Shown here: piece by piece, positions 38,272-48,740 of the stretch
How positions within the stretch are numbered: the first letter of the stretch is position 1
Layout of the letters: each line of letters opens with the position of its first letter
Assembly (NCBI GenBank): GCA_024276305.1
Contig: JAJRXK010000090.1
Span: forward strand, 42,794-106,793
Source of the DNA: Candidatus Krumholzibacteriota bacterium
GTDB lineage: Bacteria; Krumholzibacteriota; Krumholzibacteriia; JAJRXK01
Length of the DNA stretch: 64,000 bases
Reading direction: 5' to 3'
Translations under genes and position numbers: made by a program
Notes under the pieces: generated by a model
Told to the model about the DNA's origin: nothing
The model's database searches: none
What the model saw: only the letters and a program-made list of their open reading frames with translations

Positions 38272-39683
38272 ATTCGCCTCCACTGGTGATCGGACTCGAA
38301 GTCCACGTCCAACTTCGGACCCAGACCAAGCTCTTCTCTCGGTCGCTGCACTGCTACGGCGCGCCGAGGAACACTCTCGTCGACCCTCATTGCCTGGGTT
38401 TGCCGGGCACTCTTCCGATTCTCCAGGAGCGGGCCGTAGAGCTCGCGCTGCGCCTGGCCGCCGCCCTCGGGATGGAGATCTCGGAGTGCTCCCGCTTCGA
38501 TCGCAAGCACTACTTCTATCCGGATCTCCCCAAGAACTACCAGATCACGCAGCAGAGCCATCCGCTGGCCCGAGGTGGAGCGCTGCGGCTCTCGGTCGAC
38601 CAGGGCTCCTCTGCGGTTGCGATCCAGCAGCTCCATTTGGAGGAAGATGCCGCACGCTGTCTGCATCAGGAGCAGGAGACTCTCTTGGACTTCAACCGGG
38701 CGGGGGCCCCGCTGGTCGAAGTGGTCACCGATCCGGTGATCACCGATGCACTCCAGGCGGGAGAGTTTCTCCGGGAGATGCGCCGTCTGGTGCGGTGGAT
38801 CGGGGTCAGCGATGGCAACATGAACGAGGGGAGCCTGCGCTGCGACGCCAACATCTCTTTGGACGCCGAGGGCTTTCGAGGAGTGGTGGTGGAGGTCAAG
38901 AACCTCAACTCCATCGCGCAGGTGGTGGAGGCTCTGGACTTCGAGGCGGCGCGATTGCGGCGGGCTCACCGGGAGGGGCGGTGTCCACGGGCTCAGACGC
39001 GGTTCTGGTCGCCCTCCTCTCGATCCACGGGGGTTCTGCGGGAGAAGGAGTCGAGGGCGGATTACCGATACTTGCCCGATCCGGACCTTCCCCCGCTGCG
39101 GATCTCGCCCGCCCGCATCGGTCGGGCGGTGGCGGCCATCGGCGAGTTGCCCCTCGATTGCTGCCTCCGCTTCCAGGACCAGTTCGGGATCTCGGAGGAG
39201 CATGCGGTGCAGCTCACCCAGAACCGGATGGAGGCCGAGTACTTCGAACAGGTCGCAAGAAGGGTGGGAGGTCCGCTGGCGGCGTCCTGGATCCTGTCGG
39301 AGTTGCGATACCACCTGCATCGGACGGATTGTACGATCTCCGACTCGCCGGTCTCCGCCGAGGACTTGGCGCAGCTCCTCTCGGCGGCAGAGAAAGTCTC
39401 GGCGCCTCGGTCCTTGATCCGTGGGCAGCTGAGCCGCATCTTCGATGGGGAGTCGACGGTCGCAGGCTTCGGGGCCCACTGTCGCCGACATCGGCGGCCG
39501 GAAGAGGAGGTTCGGGAGACTCTCGATCGGATTCTGAAGGAGAATGCGGCCCTGGTGGTGGACTACCGAAGGGGCAAGCACGGGGTACTCGACCATCTGA
39601 TGGGGCTTGCGTTCCGCGATCTGGGAGACGGTGTGGACGCCCGGCAATTGCGGCAATGGTGCCAGGAGGAGTTGGAAGGATGA
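38268..39683 (+). CDS. gatB: Aspartyl/glutamyl-tRNA(Asn/Gln) amidotransferase subunit B
   Basis: LVIGLEVHVQL..TKLFS, KHYFYPDLPKNYQITQ, YRYLPDPDLPP are GatB motifs. GTG start overlaps the gatA stop (GTGA); the track N-extension is rejected. Confidence 0.9.
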   Translation: MNSPPLVIGLEVHVQLRTQTKLFSRSLHCYGAPRNTLVDPHCLGLPGTLPILQERAVELALRLAAALGMEISECSRFDRKHYFYPDLPKNYQITQQSHPLARGGALRLSVDQGSSAVAIQQLHLEEDAARCLHQEQETLLDFNRAGAPLVEVVTDPVITDALQAGEFLREMRRLVRWIGVSDGNMNEGSLRCDANISLDAEGFRGVVVEVKNLNSIAQVVEALDFEAARLRRAHREGRCPRAQTRFWSPSSRSTGVLREKESRADYRYLPDPDLPPLRISPARIGRAVAAIGELPLDCCLRFQDQFGISEEHAVQLTQNRMEAEYFEQVARRVGGPLAASWILSELRYHLHRTDCTISDSPVSAEDLAQLLSAAEKVSAPRSLIRGQLSRIFDGESTVAGFGAHCRRHRRPEEEVRETLDRILKENAALVVDYRRGKHGVLDHLMGLAFRDLGDGVDARQLRQWCQEELEG

Positions 39684-40123
39684 GAACTCCGATGGCGTGG
39701 CGAGTCCTGTCCGGGATGGCCCTGGTCCTGTCCGGGATGGCTTCGGTGGTCGAGGCGGGGGAGGCGCAGCCCTCGCCCCGGGTGGAGCCCTACCATCCGG
39801 CGTGGAAGGTTGCGGCGCGGAGTCTGGTGTTGCCCGGGTGGGGGCAGTTCCACTTGGGAGAACCAGGCCCGGGACAGGCCTACCTCGCCGGGGCGGTGTT
39901 GGGGGGAATCCTGGCCTTCGAAGTCGTGAGCTTCGCCGAAAGCGACAACAGCCGTCAGGCCATGAAGGCGGCCGGTTGGGGAATCTACGGGGTGAGCACA
40001 CTGCTCAGTGTCAGTGCGGCGTGGCAGAGCGCCGAACGGCGCAATCGCGAGAACGGTTGGGAGCTCGGCCTACTCTCTCTGCCGGCGGGCGGGACGGCCC
40101 TCGGAATTCGGGCCTCCTTCTGA
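39680..40123 (+). CDS. Hypothetical small secreted/membrane protein, about 147 aa
   Basis: ATG overlaps the gatB stop (ATGA). N-terminal signal MRTPMAWRVLSGMALVLSGMASVVEA, then LPGWGQFHLGEPGPGQAYLAGAVLGGILAF hydrophobic segments; C-terminal F. No recognisable family. Confidence 0.5.
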   Translation: MRTPMAWRVLSGMALVLSGMASVVEAGEAQPSPRVEPYHPAWKVAARSLVLPGWGQFHLGEPGPGQAYLAGAVLGGILAFEVVSFAESDNSRQAMKAAGWGIYGVSTLLSVSAAWQSAERRNRENGWELGLLSLPAGGTALGIRASF

Positions 40124-40276
40124 GCATCGGGCTCGGACTTCGAATGCGGATCGAGGCTCTTGACATTCGCGACCGAGTTGCGATACACCTGCCTTTCGCC
40201 TCCCTCCCTCGCGGACGGGAGGCATTGTTGTCTTCGATCCGCGCTTTCTGCCTCCCGCAGGAAGGGATCGAATTCC

Positions 40277-40933
40277 ATGACCGAAACACGCACTTCACTC
40301 CTCGCCGGATTCATCGCGCTGAGCCTGGCGTGGGGCCTGGTGATCGCCGCGGCCGGCCCGGCCCAGGCAGCTCTGCGCATCAGCGAGATCCTCTCGGCTC
40401 CCGCCTCGGACTGGGACGGCAATGGCAGCGTCGAGTTCAAGGGAGACGAGTGGGTGGAGATTCTCAATACCGGACCCAATCCCGAGGTCCTCGACGGTGT
40501 CTACCTGAAGGATGGGACCGGCGATGCCTATCACTACGGTTTCAGTGGAACCCTGGCTCCCGGTGAGGTCTTGGTGGTCTACGGATCGCAGGCGATGGTC
40601 TGGCAAGCTGCGAACGGAGCCGGGACCAGTGGCCTGAGCCTAAACAACGGAGGAGACCGGGTGGAGCTCTGGCGGGACACCGACTCCCCCCGGATCTTCC
40701 AGGCCCTCGATGTGGTTCCGGTGCCCGCCCATGCCGCGGGGGCCGAACGCTCCTTGGGTTGGTCGGAGACCAGTTCGAAGTGGTTGCTCCACGACGGGGC
40801 CAATCCCTACACGGGGTCGGCGCTGCCCGCTGGAACCGGGTGTGCACCCAGCCCCGGGGTCCGGAATTCCTGTGATGGGTTGGTGCCCGTCGAGACCACG
40901 GACTGGAGCACTCTGAAGTCTCTCTACCGCTAG
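40277..40933 (+). CDS. Secreted lamin-tail-domain (LTD) protein
   Basis: Signal MTETRTSLLAGFIALSLAWGLVIAAAGPAQA. LTD-like core ISEIL...EWVEILNTGPNPEVLDGVYLKD...Y.F.GTLAPGEVLVV. ATG at 40277 is preceded by GAAGGGA. Confidence 0.65.
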   Translation: MTETRTSLLAGFIALSLAWGLVIAAAGPAQAALRISEILSAPASDWDGNGSVEFKGDEWVEILNTGPNPEVLDGVYLKDGTGDAYHYGFSGTLAPGEVLVVYGSQAMVWQAANGAGTSGLSLNNGGDRVELWRDTDSPRIFQALDVVPVPAHAAGAERSLGWSETSSKWLLHDGANPYTGSALPAGTGCAPSPGVRNSCDGLVPVETTDWSTLKSLYR

Positions 40934-40958
40934 GCAGAGCGACGTTCGATTTCTCCAT

Positions 40959-41975
40959 TTGGGGAATTGGTGGGGGGAGGACTATGATCCCCCCACCATG
41001 ACCTCAACCCAGATGCAGGCGATGTGGAATGCGGCGAGCGGGGGCGATGCTTCGGCCCTCGACGAGATCTTTGCGAGTCTCCAGCGGGGACTGCGTGGCG
41101 ACACCGTTCTCTTCGGGGAGCTCTGGTCGGCGCGGCCGACCCCCGAATTGCGAGCCCATCGCATCGGATTGGTCGGACCGCCGGGCACCGGCAAGAGTAC
41201 GGTCCTCGGTCACCTCGCCGCTCGGCATCCCGAAGCCGAAAAAGTCGGGGTGGTCTCGGTCGACGCCACCGGCCATTGTGGCCAAGGCCACCGTCTCGGC
41301 GATCGGCTGCGGATGAATGCCCTCGACCTCGCGCCCAACTTGTGTGTGCGGACCCTCGACGTGCGGCCGGGCGACCCCGCGCCGGGCCTCTTCGCCAGTT
41401 TGAGCGCGGATATCTTCGACGCCCTGGGCTGTGACCCCATTTTCCTCGAGTCGGTGGGAATGGCCCGAGCTCAGGTGGAGATCGTGCGCCGGGTTCACAC
41501 CGTGGTCTTGCTCGTCCCGCCATCGGTGGAGGACCCCGACCAGCTCGTCGCCTCCGGTTTGCTGGATTTGGCCGATCTGGTGGTGCTCAATAAATGTGAT
41601 CTCGAGGGGGCGGAGGCCGTGGCCGCCACTCTGGATCGCGCGCTGGCGAGCCGGTCGGGCGAAGACGATCCGCGACCGGATCGCGTCTTTCGCACCACCG
41701 CCCTCCGAGACGAAGGGCTCGACGAGCTCTTTCAGGGCATCCGGACCCACGCGTCCGCCTTGCGCGCAGATGGCGTGTTTGCAAGTCGTTCCAGGGCCCA
41801 GGTCGCGGAGCAGTTGAAATACCTGGTCTTCGAGATGTTGCGGGCACGGTGGCAGGGCGATGTGGGTCTGCGTGCATTGCTCGACGAATGTGCGCGGGGA
41901 GTCCTCGAAGGGGATCGCAATCTCGTCGATACGGCCGACGAGGTCGCTGCCATGGTCACGCCTCCGCGCCCCTGA
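40959..41975 (+). CDS. meaB: MeaB/ArgK-type G3E-family GTPase (methylmalonyl-CoA-mutase-associated chaperone)
   Basis: P-loop GPPGTGKST, ...DPIFLESVG, NKCD motif (VLNKCDL). An alternative ATG start lies at 40998. Confidence 0.78.
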   Translation: MGNWWGEDYDPPTMTSTQMQAMWNAASGGDASALDEIFASLQRGLRGDTVLFGELWSARPTPELRAHRIGLVGPPGTGKSTVLGHLAARHPEAEKVGVVSVDATGHCGQGHRLGDRLRMNALDLAPNLCVRTLDVRPGDPAPGLFASLSADIFDALGCDPIFLESVGMARAQVEIVRRVHTVVLLVPPSVEDPDQLVASGLLDLADLVVLNKCDLEGAEAVAATLDRALASRSGEDDPRPDRVFRTTALRDEGLDELFQGIRTHASALRADGVFASRSRAQVAEQLKYLVFEMLRARWQGDVGLRALLDECARGVLEGDRNLVDTADEVAAMVTPPRP

Positions 41976-41997
41976 GCGTCTTTCCAAATCCCCGACC

Positions 41998-42010
41998 CAC
42001 GATTATCGTG
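41998..42010. promoter_or_regulatory. Perfect 13-bp palindrome CACGAT-T-ATCGTG, a candidate operator upstream of the acyl-CoA dehydrogenase cluster
   Basis: Read directly. Lies about 95 nt upstream of the first ACAD start (42105), in the meaB-ACAD intergenic region. Confidence 0.3.
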
Positions 42011-42104
42011 TACCGGTCCCGCGTGTCTTGCCCCGGGGACCGCCGATTCCAGGACGCCTCGCGCGTCTTGTCGCCGTTGTCATTCACGGTTTCAGGAGCC
42101 ATCC

Positions 42105-43244
42105 ATGCAGCTCAACGAGAACCAGGTCCTCGTGCGCGAGTCCGCACGCCGTTTTGCCGAAGAACGCATTGCCCCCATTGCGGCCGAGATCGACGAAGAA
42201 GGTCGCTTTCCGGTCGATCTGATGAAGGAACTCGGGGAGATCGGGTTCTTGGGGATCACCGTCCCCGAGCAATGGGGAGGTGCGGGTCTCGATACGGTGA
42301 GCTATGCGCTGATCATCGAGGAGATCGCGAAGGTCTGTGGATCGACGGCCCTCGGTGTGGCGGCCCACAACAGTCTCGGATGCATGCCTCTGCTCCTCTT
42401 CGGAAGCGAGGAGCAGAAAAAAGAGTGGCTGCCCAAGGCGGCCTCGGGGGAGCTCTTGGTGAGCTACGGTCTGACCGAGCCGGAAGCCGGCAGTGATGCC
42501 GGCGGCACCAAGACCACGGCCGTCCTCGACGGGGACCAGTGGGTCATCAACGGTACCAAGAGCTGGATCACCAACTCCAATCATGCCGGGCTCTATGTCC
42601 TCACCGCCCTCACCGATCCGGAGAAGAAGACGAGGGGAGGGATCACCGCATTCCTCGTGCCGCGAGGAACTCCGGGATTCGAGGTCGGGAAGAAGGAAGA
42701 CAAGATGGGAATGCGCGGAAGCGACACCGCGCAATTGCTGATGACCGACGTTCGAGTGCCCAAGGAGAACATTCTGGGCACCGTGGGCGACGGCTTTCGA
42801 CAGTTCATGAAGATTCTCGACGGCGGTCGCATCTCCATCGCGGCTCTGGCTCTGGGCCTCGCTCAGGGAGCCCACGACTACAGCGTGAACTACGCGAAGG
42901 AGCGCGAGGCCTTCGGCAAGCCCATCTCCGGCTTTCAGGCGATTCAATGGATGATCGCCGACGCCGAAACTCAGATTCATGCGGCCCGGGAGTTGATTCT
43001 GGAGTCCGCTCGGCTCAAGGACGCCCAGGAGCCCTACGGTCATGTCTCCGCCATGGCCAAACTCTTCGCGAGCGAAATTGCCATGAAAGTCACGAACAAC
43101 GCCATTCAGGTATTGGGTGGCTATGGCTACTGCAGGGACTATCCGGTGGAGAGGATGTATCGCGATGCGAAGCTGTGCACCATCGGCGAAGGCACCAGTG
43201 AGATCCAACGGATCGTGATCAGTCGTCACGTTCTCGATCAGTAG
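42105..43244 (+). CDS. Acyl-CoA dehydrogenase (short-chain/butyryl-CoA type)
   Basis: 379 aa; ACAD motifs [56 protein letters not shown]. Confidence 0.88.
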   Translation: MQLNENQVLVRESARRFAEERIAPIAAEIDEEGRFPVDLMKELGEIGFLGITVPEQWGGAGLDTVSYALIIEEIAKVCGSTALGVAAHNSLGCMPLLLFGSEEQKKEWLPKAASGELLVSYGLTEPEAGSDAGGTKTTAVLDGDQWVINGTKSWITNSNHAGLYVLTALTDPEKKTRGGITAFLVPRGTPGFEVGKKEDKMGMRGSDTAQLLMTDVRVPKENILGTVGDGFRQFMKILDGGRISIAALALGLAQGAHDYSVNYAKEREAFGKPISGFQAIQWMIADAETQIHAARELILESARLKDAQEPYGHVSAMAKLFASEIAMKVTNNAIQVLGGYGYCRDYPVERMYRDAKLCTIGEGTSEIQRIVISRHVLDQ

Positions 43245-43284
43245 ACCGAGTTTCTCCCAAGGTCTTGTCGAAAGGGATGAGGGG

Positions 43285-44472
43285 ATGACCAAGAAAGTGG
43301 TGATTGCATCTGCCGCCCGTACGGCGATCGGAGGGTTCCAAGGCGGATTGGCTCCGGTCAAGGCCACGGACCTCGGTGCGGCGGCCATTGCAGAAGCCGT
43401 GCGACGAGCCGGAGTCGATGGCGAGCAGGTCGACGAAGTGGTGATGGGCTGTGTGCTTCCCGCGGGCTTGGGTCAGAATCCGGCGCGGCAGGCCACCATT
43501 GCCAGCGGGCTGCCCGACCGCGTGAGCGCGATGACCATCAACAAGGTCTGCGGAAGCGGCTTGCGTGCGGTGGCCCTCGGAGCCCAGGCGATCAAGGCGG
43601 GCGACGTGGGCCTGGTGATCGCAGGGGGCTTCGAGTCGATGTCCAATGTGCCCTACGCTCTGCCCAAGGCCCGTACTGGCTATCGAATGGGGCACCAGCA
43701 GGCCATCGACCTCATGATCCAGGACGGGCTCTGGGACGCGTACAACGACTTCCACATGGGGATGACCGCCGAACTAGTGGCGAAGGAATACTCGATCAGT
43801 CGCGAAGAGCAGGACGCTTACGCGGTGGAGAGCCACGCCAGGGCGATCGCCGCGCAACAGGCTGGCCGTTTCGATTCGGAAATCGTCGGAGTCGAGGTGA
43901 AGACGCGCAAGTCGACCCAGGTCGTGGATCGCGACGAGGGTCCCCGCGCGGATTGTTCCATGGAGACGCTGGCGCGCCTGCGTCCCGCGTTCCAACGCGA
44001 AGGCGGGACCGTGACTGCGGGCAACGCCCCCAGCGTGAACGACGGCGCTGCGGCGGTGGTGGTGGTCGATGCCGATCGTGTGGACGACTACGGCATCAAG
44101 GGATGGTTCGAGATCGAGGCTTATGCGACGGGACCTCGGGAGCCCGAGTGGGTGATGATGGCTCCGGTGAAGGCGGTTCGGACACTGCTCGAGAAGACGG
44201 GGAGCGCGATCGAGGACTTCGATCTGATCGAGTTGAACGAGGCTTTCTCCGTGCAGGCCATCGCGGTCATGCGCGAATTGGACTGCGATTCGTCCAAGGT
44301 CAATGTCAATGGAGGAGCGGTGGCCCTCGGACACCCGATCGGGGCGAGTGGCGCGCGCATTCTCACCACCCTGCTCTACGCCATGGAGGACCGCGGCGCG
44401 GAGCGCGGACTCGCCGCGCTGTGCCTCGGTGGCGGCGATGCGGTGGCCATGAGTGTTCGACGAGTGAGTTGA
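43285..44472 (+). CDS. Acetyl-CoA C-acetyltransferase (thiolase II)
   Basis: [27 protein letters not shown] (active-site Cys), C-terminal [20 protein letters not shown] and [10 protein letters not shown]. Confidence 0.9.
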   Translation: MTKKVVIASAARTAIGGFQGGLAPVKATDLGAAAIAEAVRRAGVDGEQVDEVVMGCVLPAGLGQNPARQATIASGLPDRVSAMTINKVCGSGLRAVALGAQAIKAGDVGLVIAGGFESMSNVPYALPKARTGYRMGHQQAIDLMIQDGLWDAYNDFHMGMTAELVAKEYSISREEQDAYAVESHARAIAAQQAGRFDSEIVGVEVKTRKSTQVVDRDEGPRADCSMETLARLRPAFQREGGTVTAGNAPSVNDGAAAVVVVDADRVDDYGIKGWFEIEAYATGPREPEWVMMAPVKAVRTLLEKTGSAIEDFDLIELNEAFSVQAIAVMRELDCDSSKVNVNGGAVALGHPIGASGARILTTLLYAMEDRGAERGLAALCLGGGDAVAMSVRRVS

Positions 44473-44506
44473 GTCTTCGTCCGAGTGACGGGTAGGAGGA
44501 ATCGAA

Positions 44507-45358
44507 ATGGGAGCGAATAGAGTAGGAGTCGTCGGTGGGGGGACCATGGGCAATGGGATTGCTCATGTCTTTGCGCAGCACGGCAACGACACGGTGTTGC
44601 TCGACGTCGACGACGACGCGCTCGGACGGGCGCGAAGCACGATCGAAGGGAATCTCGCCCGCCAGGTGAAGAAGGAAAAGATCAGTTCGGAGGAAGCGGC
44701 GGCCGCTCTCGAGCGGATCGACTTCACCACCGATCCTTCGGCCATGAAGGGCAGTAGCTTGGTGGTCGAAGCGATCTTCGAGAACTACGAAGCCAAGACT
44801 CGAGTCTACGATGCGATTCTCCCGCACCTCGGAGATGAGTGCATTCTGGCTTCGAATACATCGAGCATTTCCATCACCCAGCTGGCTTCGGCGAGCCGAC
44901 GCGCAGATCGCTTCATCGGAATGCACTTCATGAATCCGGTGCCGATGATGAAGCTCGTGGAGGTCATTCGAGGTCATGCCACTTCCGACGCCACGGCGTC
45001 CAAGGTCGTGGAAATCGCGAAGAGCCTGGGCAAGACTCCTGTGGAGTGTAACGACTATCCGGGCTTCGTGAGCAACCGTATTCTGATGCCCATGATCAAC
45101 GAGGCGATCTTCGCGTTGCACGAGGGCGTGGCCACGGCGGAGTCCATCGACCAGATCATGAAATTGGGAATGGCCCATCCCATGGGTCCTCTCACTCTGG
45201 CCGACTTCATCGGCCTCGACATTTGCCTCGACATCATGGAAGTGCTCTACCAGGGCTTCGCCGACTCGAAGTACCGCCCCTGCCCCCTTCTGAAGAAGAT
45301 GGTGGCAGCCGGATACTTGGGCCGGAAGAGCGGTCGAGGATTCTACGACTACAGTTGA
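44507..45358 (+). CDS. hbd: 3-hydroxybutyryl-CoA dehydrogenase (3-hydroxyacyl-CoA dehydrogenase family)
   Basis: [17 protein letters not shown]-binding motif and 3HCDH N/C domains ([19 protein letters not shown]). Confidence 0.88.
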   Translation: MGANRVGVVGGGTMGNGIAHVFAQHGNDTVLLDVDDDALGRARSTIEGNLARQVKKEKISSEEAAAALERIDFTTDPSAMKGSSLVVEAIFENYEAKTRVYDAILPHLGDECILASNTSSISITQLASASRRADRFIGMHFMNPVPMMKLVEVIRGHATSDATASKVVEIAKSLGKTPVECNDYPGFVSNRILMPMINEAIFALHEGVATAESIDQIMKLGMAHPMGPLTLADFIGLDICLDIMEVLYQGFADSKYRPCPLLKKMVAAGYLGRKSGRGFYDYS

Positions 45359-45385
45359 TGTTCCACCCGAGCCGGGAGACCGACG

Positions 45386-46525
45386 GTGAAGTTCGAGCTG
45401 ACCAGCGAGCAAGAGCTCATCCGCAAGACAGCGCGTGAGTTCGCCCAGAATGAGATCGCCCCCCACTCCGCGGAGTGGGACCGGGAATCGCGTTTCCCGG
45501 CCGAGGTGGTCTCCAAGATGGCCGAGTTGGGGTTCATGGGAATGAACGTGGATCCCAAATGGGGGGGGGCGGGGATGGATGCTCTCTGCTACACCCTCGC
45601 GGTCGAAGAATTGAGCCGTGCCGATGCCGGGGTGGGCGTGATCATGTCCGTGAACAACAGCCTCACCTGTTGGCCCATCGAGACCTACGGTACGGACGAA
45701 CAGAAGGAGCGCTGGCTCACCCCCATGGCCAAGGGAGAGACCCTCGGGGCCTATTGTTTGAGTGAGCCCCAGGCCGGGACCGATGCCGCTGCACAGAAGA
45801 CGGTGGCCGTTCGCAGCGACGACGGCTATGTGCTCAACGGTACGAAGAACTTCATCACCAACGGCGCGCATGCGGACACTCTGGTGGTCATTGCCATGAC
45901 CGACATCGAAGCCGGCCACCACGGAATCTCGGCCTTCATCGTCGATGCTCACGATCCCGGGGTGCAGGTGGCCCACACCGAACACAAGATGGGAATTCGG
46001 AGCAGTGATACCGCGCAGATCGTGCTGGATGAGGTACGCGTTCGCCGGGATCAGTTGCTCGGTGAGGAGGGCAAGGGTTTCAAGGTCGCGATGACCACCC
46101 TCGATGGCGGACGTATCGGGATTGCGGCCCAGGCTCTGGGCATCGCGCAGGCCTCGCTGGACCATGCGATCGCCTATTCCAAAGAGCGTCAGCAATTCGG
46201 ACGCCCACTGGCGAAGTTCCAGGCCATCCAGTTCAAGATCGCCGAAATGCAGGCCCGTACCGAAGCTGCACGGCTCTTGACCTACCGAGCCTCCGACTAC
46301 AAGGAGCGAGGGCTGAACTACAACTCGGAAGCGGCCATGGCCAAGTGGATGGCGTCGAACAATGCGGTCTACTGTGCGGAAGAAGCGGTGCAGATCTTCG
46401 GAGGAAACGGATACTCCAAGGAATATCCGGTGGAGAAGCTCATGCGCGACGCCAAGATCTGCGACATCTACGAGGGCACGACCGAAGTGCAGAAGATGGT
46501 CGTCGCGGCGAAGGTCCTCGCCTGA
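45386..46525 (+). CDS. Acyl-CoA dehydrogenase (second paralog)
   Basis: GTG start; YCLSEPQAGTDAA, GTKNFITNG, QIFGGNGYSKEYPVEKLMRDAKICDIYEGTTEVQ. Confidence 0.88.
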   Translation: MKFELTSEQELIRKTAREFAQNEIAPHSAEWDRESRFPAEVVSKMAELGFMGMNVDPKWGGAGMDALCYTLAVEELSRADAGVGVIMSVNNSLTCWPIETYGTDEQKERWLTPMAKGETLGAYCLSEPQAGTDAAAQKTVAVRSDDGYVLNGTKNFITNGAHADTLVVIAMTDIEAGHHGISAFIVDAHDPGVQVAHTEHKMGIRSSDTAQIVLDEVRVRRDQLLGEEGKGFKVAMTTLDGGRIGIAAQALGIAQASLDHAIAYSKERQQFGRPLAKFQAIQFKIAEMQARTEAARLLTYRASDYKERGLNYNSEAAMAKWMASNNAVYCAEEAVQIFGGNGYSKEYPVEKLMRDAKICDIYEGTTEVQKMVVAAKVLA

Positions 46526-46569
46526 TCTCGACCCGAGAGCGGCCGGCTCTGCCGGTCGGGAGGACAGGG

Positions 46570-47715
46570 ATGGATTTCGATCTGAGCGAGGAACAGGAAC
46601 TCTTCGTCAAGGGAGTCCGCGACTTTGCGCGCGGCGAGATCGCGCCTCTCTGCGCGCAGATGGATCGAGAGGGGATCGTCGACGCCAGCCTCCTCGACAA
46701 GATCAAGGCCCAGGGCTTCTTCGGGCTCACCTTCCCCGAGCGCTACGGTGGAGTGGGTTTGGGAGCTCATACTTATGGGCTGGTGATTCGAGAGCTGGCT
46801 CGGGTCGACGCGGGAATCGCGATCATGATTGCGGTCCACAACAGCGTGGGGAGCTTTCCGCTTCTGCAGTACGGCAGCGAAGAACTCAAGGAGTCCACTA
46901 TTCCTCGGATGGCCCAGGGCCACTTGGCCAGCTTCTGTGTCACCGAGCCGGGCGCGGGCAGTGACGCGGCGGGGTTGACCACTCGCGCGGAGCGCACCGA
47001 TGCTGGCTACCGCATCACCGGCGAGAAGATCTGGGTGACCAATGGCTACCTGGCGCAGTACTTCGTGGTCACCGCCCGGACCGGCGAAGCGGGACCGCGG
47101 GGGATTTCGGCCTTTCTGGTGGACCGGGACACTCCCGGGCTGCAGATCGGGGCCAAGGAACAGAAAATGGGCTTGCGCAGCAGCGATGCCGTCTCTCTGG
47201 TCCTCGATGGGGCTGAAGTGCCGGCGTCGCGGCTCATCGGAAGTGAGGGAGAGGGATTTCGCATCGCCATGAGCTCCCTGGATGGGGGGCGGATCGGAGT
47301 GGCCTATCAGGGCCTGGGGATCGCCCAGGCTTGCTTGGACTCCGCGGCCCGTTATGCCCTGGAGCGCGAACAATTCGGCGCTCGGATCGCCAAGCTTCAG
47401 GCGATTCAGTGGATGTTGGCAGAATCTGCCGCGGAACTCGAGTCGGCCTCTCTCCTGGCCGACAAAGCGGCTTGGTTGAAGGACCGGGGCCGCCCTTTCG
47501 GCAAGGAGGCGGCAATGGCCAAGCTGGTGTGCTCCGAGACCGCCGGCAGGATTGCCGATCGCGCCCTTCAGATTCATGGTGGCTACGGCTACAGCAAGGA
47601 CTACGACATCGAGCGCTACTACCGCGATGTGCGGGTGTTGCGGATCTACGAGGGGACCAGTGAGATCCAGAAGCTGGTCATCGCGCGGAAGCTCCTCGAC
47701 GAGTATGGGGGTTGA
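46570..47715 (+). CDS. Acyl-CoA dehydrogenase (third paralog)
   Basis: The internal ATG at 46570 begins MDFDLSEEQELF...; the N-extension is in a different context. FCVTEPGAGSDAAG, GEKIWVTNG, QIHGGYGYSKDYDIERYYRDVRVLRIYEGTSEIQ. Confidence 0.85.
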   Translation: MDFDLSEEQELFVKGVRDFARGEIAPLCAQMDREGIVDASLLDKIKAQGFFGLTFPERYGGVGLGAHTYGLVIRELARVDAGIAIMIAVHNSVGSFPLLQYGSEELKESTIPRMAQGHLASFCVTEPGAGSDAAGLTTRAERTDAGYRITGEKIWVTNGYLAQYFVVTARTGEAGPRGISAFLVDRDTPGLQIGAKEQKMGLRSSDAVSLVLDGAEVPASRLIGSEGEGFRIAMSSLDGGRIGVAYQGLGIAQACLDSAARYALEREQFGARIAKLQAIQWMLAESAAELESASLLADKAAWLKDRGRPFGKEAAMAKLVCSETAGRIADRALQIHGGYGYSKDYDIERYYRDVRVLRIYEGTSEIQKLVIARKLLDEYGG

Positions 47716-47783
47716 GGTCCGCTGCGGCGCAGGATAGACTCGTCGCAACCATGACCATCGGTCGCATCCCCCGCCGGGGCTCC

Positions 47784-48740
47784 ATGAACCATTCCTTCGA
47801 AGTTCTTCTCGTTCAGCCTCGCGGATTCTGTGCCGGGGTCGAGCGGGCCATCGAGATCGTGGATCTGGCCCTGGAGATCTACGGAGCTCCGGTCTATGTG
47901 CGCCGGGAGATCGTGCACAACCAGGCCGTGGTCCAGCGGTTCCGCGATCGCGGAGTGGTGTTCGTCGAAGAATTGGAAGAGGTGCCCACCGGTGCGACCT
48001 GCGTGTTCAGCGCCCACGGAGTTTCTCCGCGGGTCTACGAGGAAGCCCGCGAACGCGGAATCGAATTCGTCGATGCAACCTGTCCTCTGGTGACCAAGGT
48101 CCACCTCGAGGTGCGTCGCAGCATCCGGGAGGGTCGGCGCGTCGTACTCATCGGCCACGCAGGGCACGACGAAGTGCTGGGAACCATGGGCCAAGCTCCC
48201 GACCGAGTCCTGTTGGTGCAGAGCGAAGAGGATGTCGCAGCTCTGCCGGTGTCCGCGGAAGAAGAACTCTACTTCGTGACCCAGACCACGCTCTCGGTCG
48301 ACGAGACCCAGGACATCGTGGCCGCCCTGAGGGCGAGGTTCCCTCGGATTCAAGGGCCGGCGAAGGCGGACATCTGCTATGCAACGCAGAATCGCCAGGA
48401 TGCGGTGAAAGAGCTCATCGAGGTGGGGATGGACTTGTTGTTGGTGGTGGGCTCTCAAAACAGTTCCAATAGCCGACGGTTGGTAGAGGTCGCGCAGGAG
48501 CAGGGTGTGGAGTCCCACCTCGTCGACGGTCCGGAGGATCTCGATCTGAATTGGGTCGAGGGACGCGCGCGGGTAGGGCTGACCGCGGGTGCGAGCGCCC
48601 CCGAAGATCTCGTGCAGTCGGTGACCCGTCGGCTCTGTGAAGCGGGGGGTGTGGTCCGCGATCATGTGGTGATCGCCGAAGACGTGCGCTTTCCCCTTCC
48701 CGCTTCGCTGGCTTCCGCTCGGGCCGATGCCCATGAGTGA
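47784..48740 (+). CDS. ispH: 4-hydroxy-3-methylbut-2-enyl diphosphate reductase
   Basis: LVQPRGFCAGVERAI, ...HNQAVV..., ...CPLVTKVH, GHAGHDEV, ICYATQNRQ, SNSRRL are IspH/LytB motifs. Start is uncertain (also 47712 or 47751). Confidence 0.85.
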   Translation: MNHSFEVLLVQPRGFCAGVERAIEIVDLALEIYGAPVYVRREIVHNQAVVQRFRDRGVVFVEELEEVPTGATCVFSAHGVSPRVYEEARERGIEFVDATCPLVTKVHLEVRRSIREGRRVVLIGHAGHDEVLGTMGQAPDRVLLVQSEEDVAALPVSAEEELYFVTQTTLSVDETQDIVAALRARFPRIQGPAKADICYATQNRQDAVKELIEVGMDLLLVVGSQNSSNSRRLVEVAQEQGVESHLVDGPEDLDLNWVEGRARVGLTAGASAPEDLVQSVTRRLCEAGGVVRDHVVIAEDVRFPLPASLASARADAHE

